From an uncultured Gammaproteobacteria bacterium (GTDB taxonomy: Bacteria > Patescibacteriota > Microgenomatia > Levybacterales > UBA12049), in contig CAYMJR010000003.1 in the NCBI GenBank assembly GCA_964391315.1, positions 64,542 through 128,541 on the forward strand: 64,000 bases of DNA, in the 5' to 3' direction. A program made the position numbers and the translations under genes. The stretch's first letter is position 1. Each line of letters starts with the position of its first letter. Of this stretch, positions 57,663 to 64,000 are shown piece after piece. The notes below the pieces were generated by a model that ran no database searches, had not been told where the DNA came from, and saw only the letters and a list, made by a program, of their open reading frames with translations.

Positions 57663-59066
57663 ATGAATAAAAGTCAAAAGATCATTCTTTTTTTGTTGTC
57701 GTTGTCCATGTTTGTGGTCGTTTTGGACAGCGCGATTATTAATCTTGCTCTTCCTGCTATTAAAAAAGCATTGCAGTTTGATAATGCAACGTTGCAATGG
57801 GTGGTTACCTCCTACATTCTTACCTTTGGCGGCTTTTTAATGCTGGGTGGGCGAACTGCAGATTTGTACGGAAGACGACGAGTGCTCATTCTAGGATTGG
57901 CAGGATTTGCTTTGTGTTCTTTTCTTATCGGTTTTTCAACTTCAAGTACAATGCTTATTATACTTCGGACAGTCCAAGGATTGGCAGGAGCCTTTATGTC
58001 ACCGACAGCTCTTTCAATTTTATTGACGAGCTTTGAAGAAGGACCTGAGCGTAACCGTGCACTTTCTGTCTGGAGTATTGTTGCATCAGGTGGAGCAGCA
58101 GCTGGAGTATTCCTTGGTGGTGTGTTGACCCAGTATCTTGGCTGGCAGTGGTGCTTTTTTGTGAATGTGCCAATCTGTATCGCAGCAATCATCGGTCTCC
58201 AAAAATATTTACCGCCGCATATTAAAGAGGCAAAAGATAAAATTCTTGATATCCCTGGGGCGGTTCTTATAACGGGAGGTTTGATAACACTCGTTTATGC
58301 ATTGACGAATGCATCAACCACCGGCTGGACGGCACTGTCTACACTCTCATCATTTGGCCTTAGCATTATATTGCTTGCAGGATTTTTGTTTAATGAAACT
58401 AAAGCCAAGCATCCGTTGATGCCGCTTTCAATCTTCCGACTCCGAAACCTTGTCGCTGGTAATCTTATTATGCTTCCTGTTATCGCAGGAGCTCTGGGAC
58501 AGTTTTTCTTCCTTTCACTTTACGTGCAGAATGTATTGAAGTATTCGCCATCGATTAGCGGAGTAGCTTTCCTTCCTGTGCCAATTATCATCGGTTTTGT
58601 CTCATACAATACACCAAAGTTATTAAGTAAATTCACTGCCAAACAGTTAACGGTTGCCGGTGTGATTCTTGCAACGTTTGGAGTTTTTTTGATTAGTATG
58701 TTGGGAGAACATTCATCGTATTGGCTCCATATGTTCCCAGCATTTTTATTCCTTGCTGTTGGATTTGGTATCTCATTTGTCGCAATCACTATTGCCGCGA
58801 CATCTGGAATACCGGGAGATGAAGCAGGTTTAGCATCAGGGCTCCTTGGGACAGCACAGCAAATTGGGGGAGCTCTCGGGCTTGCAGTTCTTGCTGTTGT
58901 TGCCAATGCGACAACAAGTGGAGCTATCGCTGCTGGACAGATGCAGACACAGGCAATCATTGCAGGCTACCAGCACGCATTCATCACGGCAGCAAGTTTG
59001 ATGTTTATTGCGTGGCTTGTCTCAATCTTCATCCTCCAGGCTCCAAAAATGTCGCAACAAAAATAG
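57663..59066 (+). CDS. MFS transporter, DHA2 (EmrB/QacA-like, 14 TMs)
   Basis: FVVVLDSAIINLALPAI, GRTADLYGRRRVLILG and the 467-aa length with ~14 hydrophobic spans fit DHA2. Confidence 0.82.
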   Translation: MNKSQKIILFLLSLSMFVVVLDSAIINLALPAIKKALQFDNATLQWVVTSYILTFGGFLMLGGRTADLYGRRRVLILGLAGFALCSFLIGFSTSSTMLIILRTVQGLAGAFMSPTALSILLTSFEEGPERNRALSVWSIVASGGAAAGVFLGGVLTQYLGWQWCFFVNVPICIAAIIGLQKYLPPHIKEAKDKILDIPGAVLITGGLITLVYALTNASTTGWTALSTLSSFGLSIILLAGFLFNETKAKHPLMPLSIFRLRNLVAGNLIMLPVIAGALGQFFFLSLYVQNVLKYSPSISGVAFLPVPIIIGFVSYNTPKLLSKFTAKQLTVAGVILATFGVFLISMLGEHSSYWLHMFPAFLFLAVGFGISFVAITIAATSGIPGDEAGLASGLLGTAQQIGGALGLAVLAVVANATTSGAIAAGQMQTQAIIAGYQHAFITAASLMFIAWLVSIFILQAPKMSQQK

Positions 59067-59081
59067 TGGTATAATTTAAAA

Positions 59082-59357
59082 ATGTGCAGGAATATTAGAA
59101 AACTTTTTAATTTTGAGCCTCATGCAACCAACGAAGAAGTACAGGCAGCTGCACTCCAATATGTGAGGAAGATTTCCGGGTTTACCAAACCTTCGCAGGT
59201 CAATGAAAAAGCATTTAACGAAGCAGTGGCTGAAATTGCACATATATCTGGGCATTTATTGGAAAATTTGAGTACAATTGCCGTACCACTTAATCGTGAA
59301 GTTGAAAGAGCAAAAGCTCACCAAAGAGCACAGAAACGATTTGGTAAGCAAAATTAA
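59082..59357 (+). CDS. DUF2277 family protein
   Basis: MCRNIRKLFNFEPHATNEEVQAAALQYVRKISGFTKPSQVN matches the conserved DUF2277 N-terminus as I recall it. Confidence 0.7.
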   Translation: MCRNIRKLFNFEPHATNEEVQAAALQYVRKISGFTKPSQVNEKAFNEAVAEIAHISGHLLENLSTIAVPLNREVERAKAHQRAQKRFGKQN

Positions 59358-59360
59358 TTG

Positions 59361-59927
59361 ATGAGAAAAATAATTGTTTTTAATTTAATTTCACTTGATG
59401 GATATTTTGCCAGGGAGAATGGTGATATTGATTGGCATAATGTCGATGAGGAGTTTAACGACTTTGCAGTTGAGCACACGGCAGAATTTGGCACAATCAT
59501 TTTTGGCCACACTACCTACAAATTGTTTGAAGAATTCTGGCCTAAGGCAATTACTGATTCCACATTATCTCCTGAAGATCACAAAATAGCACAGATCATT
59601 GATGACGTGGAGAAAATTGTATTCTCAAAAACCTTGAAAGAAGTGACATGGAAGAATTCAAAATTGTTTCATGACATTGATAAGAAAGAAGTTAAGAAAT
59701 GGAAGCAAGAAGAAGGGAAGCCAATGGCAATTTTCGGTAGCGGGACGATTGTGCAGGAGTTTACCCGACTTGGTTTGGTTGATGAATATCGATTGTTACT
59801 TAACCCAATTATTTTAGGAAAAGGAAAGCCCATGTTCAAAGACGTCGATCAAATGAAGTTGAAGCTACTTAGTACAAAAACTTTTGGTAATGGTAACGTA
59901 CTTCTTTGTTACCAGCCACTTCAGTAA
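59361..59927 (+). CDS. dihydrofolate reductase-like (RibD C-terminal domain) family protein
   Basis: MRKIIVFNLISLDGYFA...DIDWH...IIFGHTTY..F...W......K.VFS.TL......S......IFGSGTIV... follows the RibD_C/YwjB pattern. Confidence 0.72.
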   Translation: MRKIIVFNLISLDGYFARENGDIDWHNVDEEFNDFAVEHTAEFGTIIFGHTTYKLFEEFWPKAITDSTLSPEDHKIAQIIDDVEKIVFSKTLKEVTWKNSKLFHDIDKKEVKKWKQEEGKPMAIFGSGTIVQEFTRLGLVDEYRLLLNPIILGKGKPMFKDVDQMKLKLLSTKTFGNGNVLLCYQPLQ

Positions 59928-59928
59928 A

Positions 59929-60300
59929 TTATTTTTTTTTCTTTTGACCCTTACCTCCAAATGATGAAGCGGCGAGGGCAAGTGATGCAAAGAGAATAGC
60001 AAAGTCACGGAAGAGCACATCAAGATCTCCCCAGTTAGCAGTAATAATTGCAAGAAGCGTCAGGCTGGCAAGGAGTGATGCATACAGACTTTTCCAACCA
60101 CTCAGAATCCAGGTGCCCAGAACTAACTGGAATAAAGAGAATCCGATGAGTAAGATACTTGCAGGTGCAAGAACAGTTATGAATTGTGGGATGAAACCAA
60201 TCCAGTTGTATGGTTGTAACGTGGCTGCAACTGCTGCGTAAAGAAAGACACTAGCAATACTTAGCCGTAAAAAAAGAATTACCAATTTGGAATGAGGCAT
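59929..60300 (-). CDS. DoxX-like small membrane protein
   Basis: ORF track starts at TTG 60324; ATG 60300 preferred. Four TMs. LFLRLSIASVFLYAAVAATLQP resembles the DoxX/MauE type. Directly downstream of the cupredoxin gene. Confidence 0.4.
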   Translation of the reverse strand: MPHSKLVILFLRLSIASVFLYAAVAATLQPYNWIGFIPQFITVLAPASILLIGFSLFQLVLGTWILSGWKSLYASLLASLTLLAIITANWGDLDVLFRDFAILFASLALAASSFGGKGQKKKK

Positions 60301-60310
60301 ACTTTTATAT

Positions 60311-60748
60311 TTATTGTACAACAAGTGTTCCCTTCATGCCGCGGTCTGCATGTCCTGGAACAGAACAAATAAAAGTAAAGCTTCCTGTTTTATCAGGAGT
60401 GAAGGCAACGATTGTTTGCTGACCTGGTCCAACCGTGTCAGATTTAACATTCAGTTCTGCAACAGTAAAGTTGTGTGGGTATTGTCCGTTATTTTTAAAG
60501 GTAACGGTAACAGGTTGTCCTTTTTTGACAGTTATAGTTGAGGGGGTGAAGGCGAATTCTGTGCCGGCAACAGTTACTGTCTGACCTGCTTCAGGAGACA
60601 TCATCGCTCCGCTTGGTGTTGCGCTTGGTGAAGGTTGTATCGCTTGCTGTTGGGGTGCAGGAGAGGGAGTTTTATCTTTAAAGATAAAATATACTCCAAC
60701 AAGAGCAATAATGAAGATGACGAAGCTAATCCAAACCTTACTATTCAT
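60311..60748 (-). CDS. membrane-anchored type-1 copper cupredoxin
   Basis: N-terminal TM, P/S/A linker, then a beta-sandwich with ligand pattern ...YPHNFTV... and FICSVPGHADRGMKGTLVV (His...Cys-x4-His-x4-Met). Confidence 0.78.
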   Translation of the reverse strand: MNSKVWISFVIFIIALVGVYFIFKDKTPSPAPQQQAIQPSPSATPSGAMMSPEAGQTVTVAGTEFAFTPSTITVKKGQPVTVTFKNNGQYPHNFTVAELNVKSDTVGPGQQTIVAFTPDKTGSFTFICSVPGHADRGMKGTLVVQ

Positions 60749-60809
60749 ATTTCCATCATATACCTGAATTGGTCTCTGTCAAGTATTCTTATTTTGCTAT
60801 ACTTTTTGT

Positions 60810-61784
60810 ATGGATCAGATTGTACCTTTTTTTCGCGCACGCAAAAAAGCATTGCTCGTTGTTGGTTTTTTTGTTGTTGCCCTTATTGGTGTTCCGCTTA
60901 CAGTTTTTCTTCTCCAACAGCAGCAGATATTTAAAGAACAAGCCTGGTATACTGCGCAGTCTGCTTCATCTGCGTGTGGAGCTGATGGACATCCGGTGAT
61001 TACTGTTAAGTTTTCCAATACTGAGCCATCAGGGGCAAGTAACGCCATGAATGTCACCGTCCGCGATACAGTAACAGGAGGGACAGTGAATCTTGGGACA
61101 GTAAATCCCGGAGAAACAAAAACAGGAACGATCACCACCGTCCAATCATCACTTGCCGCAGGGGGCGTCATCTTTAACCTCACCTGGACGAATGGTCGTT
61201 CAGGGACAGACACAAGAACTGCAACTTATCCGGCTGTTGCAGCATGCGCGCAGCAACCATCCCCATCACCTACACCATCTTCTTCTCCCTCATCTACACC
61301 TACCCAACCTCCATTAAATACACCAACGCCTGTACCAACTGCAACGCCGACTAAGGTTCCAACAATCACACCCACACCAACCAATATTCCTACAACAACA
61401 CCGACGAATACTCCACCACCCGGAGCAACTGCAACACCAACCAGTGTTCCAACGAGTACTCCATCACCTACGCCAACCAACGGTCCTACAGCAACGCCAA
61501 CGAACACCCCACCGCCGGGATCGACGCCAACCCCAACGCCAACCAATGGTCCTACAGCAACACCGACTAACACTCCACCACCTGGAGCAACTGCAACACC
61601 AACAATACCAGGATCACAAAATACACCACAACCAACGACTGTTATTGTGAGAACGCAACAAACTGTTCAAAATACACCTCGGCCAACAGTTGCACCAACA
61701 GGGCCTGAGACATTATTCGCAGGAATCGGAGCGGCAGCAGTGATCTTCACTGTTATTGGTAGCTTATTATTCTTCCTTTTATAA
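60810..61784 (+). CDS. surface protein: N-terminal TM/signal, small globular domain, long P/T-rich repeats, C-terminal TM anchor
   Basis: [21 protein letters not shown] at the N-terminus. ~150 aa of PT repeats. C-terminal [23 protein letters not shown]. No LPXTG motif. Confidence 0.65.
   Translation: MDQIVPFFRARKKALLVVGFFVVALIGVPLTVFLLQQQQIFKEQAWYTAQSASSACGADGHPVITVKFSNTEPSGASNAMNVTVRDTVTGGTVNLGTVNPGETKTGTITTVQSSLAAGGVIFNLTWTNGRSGTDTRTATYPAVAACAQQPSPSPTPSSSPSSTPTQPPLNTPTPVPTATPTKVPTITPTPTNIPTTTPTNTPPPGATATPTSVPTSTPSPTPTNGPTATPTNTPPPGSTPTPTPTNGPTATPTNTPPPGATATPTIPGSQNTPQPTTVIVRTQQTVQNTPRPTVAPTGPETLFAGIGAAAVIFTVIGSLLFFLL
61473..61586 (+). repeat. two copies of a 48-nt unit encoding [16 protein letters not shown], differing only at synonymous sites
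   Basis: Copy A is 61473-61520 and copy B is 61539-61586, both in frame. Seven differences (aac/aat, acg/aca, cca/ccg, acg/act, acc/act, ccg/cca, ccg/cct), all third-position and synonymous. Confidence 0.9.
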
Positions 61785-61838
61785 AATTTTTAGAATCACG
61801 AAGCAAGAACCATGAGTTAAGGGGTAAAGAGAAAAAAA

Positions 61839-62123
61839 CTATTCTCTTGTTTTTTCTAATGCAAGTTTGCGTTTTGCCAAAAACATATTTACTGTGACTA
61901 TCCCGGTGTATAGTATTCCTGAGAGACAGAGGTGACCGAAACTTACATGGTTTTGAAAGACCAAGAAAAATCCCGAAATCCATGTGCCGGCAAGGAAAAG
62001 GTAGTTACCGTTTATTTTTTTCTTTGAAGGAGAAACAATACAGTAGGTAGAAAAGAGGATACTGGTAAGCGCGATCACAATATGAAGAATCAGAATCATA
62101 TAAAAATTATATCCTACTAACAA
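61839..62123 (-). CDS. hypothetical 3-TM protein downstream of cyoE
   Basis: 94-aa ORF overlapping the cyoE 3' end by 17 nt. Three hydrophobic spans. Confidence 0.45.
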   Translation of the reverse strand: MLVGYNFYMILILHIVIALTSILFSTYCIVSPSKKKINGNYLFLAGTWISGFFLVFQNHVSFGHLCLSGILYTGIVTVNMFLAKRKLALEKTRE

Positions 62124-62973
62124 AATTATTAATAGAGAGCATGACGCATAATGCCAAAAGAATAATCAAAGAAAATTTGAAGAGACTTCTTGCCCATAAC
62201 GTGTTATCTTTTGTCCTAAAGCCTTTGACGCCCTTAAGAAGCCAAATAAATGAAAGGGTGAACATCACAATAAGATAAATATAGCTTGTATATCCAAGAA
62301 GTGTTAGGAAGGGAATAGTAAGAAGAAAGAGGATGATATAGCCAACGATTTCAATTTTGGTAAACGTGATACCTCGTTTAATTGGTAAAACAGGAATCCC
62401 AGCTTCTTTGTAATCCTGCAAGCGAAAAATGGCAATTGCATAAAAGTGTGGCATCTGCCAGATGACAAGCAGCAAAAACAGGAGCAATGCTCCAAGGTCG
62501 AAATTATTGGTTACAGCAGTATAGCCCACAACTGGAGGGACAGCTCCTGAAATACTGCCAAGAACCGTTCCATAGACAGTTTTTCTTTTGGAAAATGTAT
62601 AGACAATAACATAGAAGAAAAATCCGATGAAGGCGATAAAGGTGGTTAAGAGATTAGTGTATACGTACAGTAATCCAAAACCCAAGATTCCGAGAATGGT
62701 GCCGAAAATGAGTGCATTTTTGACAGGAATCATTTTAGTAACAAGGGCTCGTTTTTTGGTTCGCTCCATTTTCTTATCAATACCGCGATCAATGTAATTA
62801 TTAAATACACAACCTGATGCCATCACCAACCCAATTCCTACTAATGTTGCGACAAAAAGAAGAGGATTGAATGATTCTTTTGAAGCCAGAAAAAAACCTG
62901 CAATCACGGATAATGAATTACCGTAAATGATTCCAGGTTTGGTAAGGAGGTAATAATGTTTTAGTGTTGACAT
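62107..62973 (-). CDS. cyoE: protoheme IX farnesyltransferase (heme O synthase)
   Basis: YYLLTKPGIIYGNSLSVIAGFFLA, NNYIDRGIDKKMERTKKRAL (UbiA-type Asp-rich motif), 8-9 TMs. Operon position after oxidase subunit IV. Confidence 0.88.
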   Translation of the reverse strand: MSTLKHYYLLTKPGIIYGNSLSVIAGFFLASKESFNPLLFVATLVGIGLVMASGCVFNNYIDRGIDKKMERTKKRALVTKMIPVKNALIFGTILGILGFGLLYVYTNLLTTFIAFIGFFFYVIVYTFSKRKTVYGTVLGSISGAVPPVVGYTAVTNNFDLGALLLFLLLVIWQMPHFYAIAIFRLQDYKEAGIPVLPIKRGITFTKIEIVGYIILFLLTIPFLTLLGYTSYIYLIVMFTLSFIWLLKGVKGFRTKDNTLWARSLFKFSLIILLALCVMLSINNFVSRI

Positions 62974-63359
62974 TAGTATGGATTCTCTTCTTGTGTAGGT
63001 TGCTGCATCTGCATGTTTTCATTGTGTAAGATACTATTCTGCATTTCTATTGGTGTCATGTTGTAGTTAAGATGATACATAATCCAAATTGACGCAATAA
63101 TAATAAGCAAGATCATACCTGAGAAAGCAATAAAAACGGCCATATTGTAGCGTGGTTTTTGCTCTTGGCCCATATGTAAAAAGAAAAATAACTGGACAAG
63201 AAGTTGCGCAACAGCAAAGATTAGAATAATAGTAATGACAAGTTCAATGGTGAGGTTTAATTGGCCTTTTAGCACCACAGTAAAATAAGCTGCAAATGTC
63301 AAAAAAAGCGAAAGGATAAATCCTATTATGTACGGTTTGATTGTTAATTTTTCATGCAT
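62973..63359 (-). CDS. cyoD: heme-copper quinol oxidase subunit IV (CyoD/QoxD)
   Basis: 128 aa, three TMs. YIIGFILSLFLTFAAYFTV and LVQLFFFLHM are typical of CyoD/QoxD. Confidence 0.75.
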   Translation of the reverse strand: MHEKLTIKPYIIGFILSLFLTFAAYFTVVLKGQLNLTIELVITIILIFAVAQLLVQLFFFLHMGQEQKPRYNMAVFIAFSGMILLIIIASIWIMYHLNYNMTPIEMQNSILHNENMQMQQPTQEENPY

Positions 63360-63363
63360 ATAT

Positions 63364-63972
63364 TTATAGTACTCCCATTAAATAGACGACGGTAAAGATA
63401 AAAATCCAGACAATATCCAAGAAATGCCAGAAGAGACTGAGAAGTGTTAATTTGCGGATTATACTGGTCGTTAATCCTTTCATCCAGACAAAGATAAGGA
63501 CAATTGCCATCCAGAGAAGACCTGAGGTGATATGAAGTCCGTGAGTTCCGACCAACGTAAAGAATGAAGAGAGGAATGCGCTTCGCCCGAAACCATTTCC
63601 TTCTGAAAAAAGTTTACTGAATTCACTGAGTTCAAGTCCAAGGAAGGCAGCACCCAAAATAAAAGTAATACCAAACCAGAAAAGTACCTGATTTTTTTGT
63701 TTTTTATGTGCCATAAGCATACCTACACCAGATGTAAAGCTACTGGTGAGTAAGATAAGTGTTTCTAATAGAGCGAAAGGAAGATTGTAAATATCCCGTG
63801 TGGTTGGACCGCCAAATGAATTAGTATGCAGCACAGAGTACGTCGCAAACAGCACGCCAAAGATAATAAGGTCTGTCATGAGATAGACCCAAAAACCAAA
63901 ATAGTTTTTATCAAAGGAATGTTCCTCTAGATGTTCAAGCTGTTCTTTTGTTAATTCGTCTTTTAGTGCCAT
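63364..63972 (-). CDS. cyoC: heme-copper quinol oxidase subunit III (CyoC/QoxC)
   Basis: FGFWVYLMTDLIIFGVLFATY, FTLVGTHGLHITSGLLWM, LFWHFLDIVWIFIFTVVYL. Subunits I and II are presumably beyond 64000. Confidence 0.88.
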   Translation of the reverse strand: MALKDELTKEQLEHLEEHSFDKNYFGFWVYLMTDLIIFGVLFATYSVLHTNSFGGPTTRDIYNLPFALLETLILLTSSFTSGVGMLMAHKKQKNQVLFWFGITFILGAAFLGLELSEFSKLFSEGNGFGRSAFLSSFFTLVGTHGLHITSGLLWMAIVLIFVWMKGLTTSIIRKLTLLSLFWHFLDIVWIFIFTVVYLMGVL

Positions 63973-64000
63973 AATTTGTATTTATCGGGCATAGAATTAG

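Noticed and set aside
61226-61573. 115-aa minus-strand ORF of GVGV/LVGV repeats, and the plus-strand ORF 61444-61650.
   Set aside because: Antisense or alternate-frame readings of the P/T-repeat region of the 60810-61784 CDS.
1-64000. CRISPR arrays, integrases or transposases, reverse transcriptase/DGR, rRNA genes, and an alternative genetic code (UGA recoding).
   Set aside because: All tandem repeats found are short, in frame and inside CDSs, with no spacer-repeat architecture. No ORF shows integrase, transposase or RT motifs. Housekeeping genes are full length under the standard code and some terminate at TGA (for example rnpA at 19160-62), so UGA is a stop codon here.

Overview
The window reads as the replication-origin neighbourhood of a low-GC, small-genome bacterium. 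It is probably a Patescibacteria/CPR-type lineage. That placement is inferred from TrbC-like 'T4SS pilin' paralogs, a DUF4012 protein and sparse metabolism, and cannot be verified here.

Origin core: dnaN and dnaA lie on the minus strand, divergent from rpmH-rnpA-yidD-yidC-jag. DnaA boxes sit in the dnaA-dnaN spacer, inside the dnaA 3' end, and in the dnaA promoter.

Left of the origin (145-15873): a type IV secretion-like cluster. It holds a VirB6-like protein, three tandem pilins, a PrgI/VirB3-like fusion, a VirB4 ATPase, a DUF11+SLT hydrolase and several orphan membrane or secreted proteins. No coupling protein or relaxase is visible. An ATPase+winged-helix regulator and a 998-aa orphan protein flank it.

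Right of the origin: housekeeping genes (pgk, valS, otsA, rplY, ruvCAB, a P-type ATPase, dnaG-rpoD), envelope genes, two MFS transporters, a long acyl-CoA dehydrogenase, and the tail of a heme-copper quinol oxidase operon (cyoC/D/E) with a cupredoxin.

The best-supported finding that the ORF track does not show is a tRNA-Asn(GUU) at 49455-49709, split in its anticodon loop by a 183-nt ORF-less group I (IC3-like) intron. Directly upstream is a frameshifted LAGLIDADG-like gene that reads into the tRNA.

Other points: an orphan promoter-plus-terminator unit in the 570-bp spacer upstream of the dnaG operon, recurrent -10 boxes abutting ATG codons (leaderless mRNAs), and two contrasting coding tandem repeats.

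Everything was read by eye. No searches or folding programs were run.
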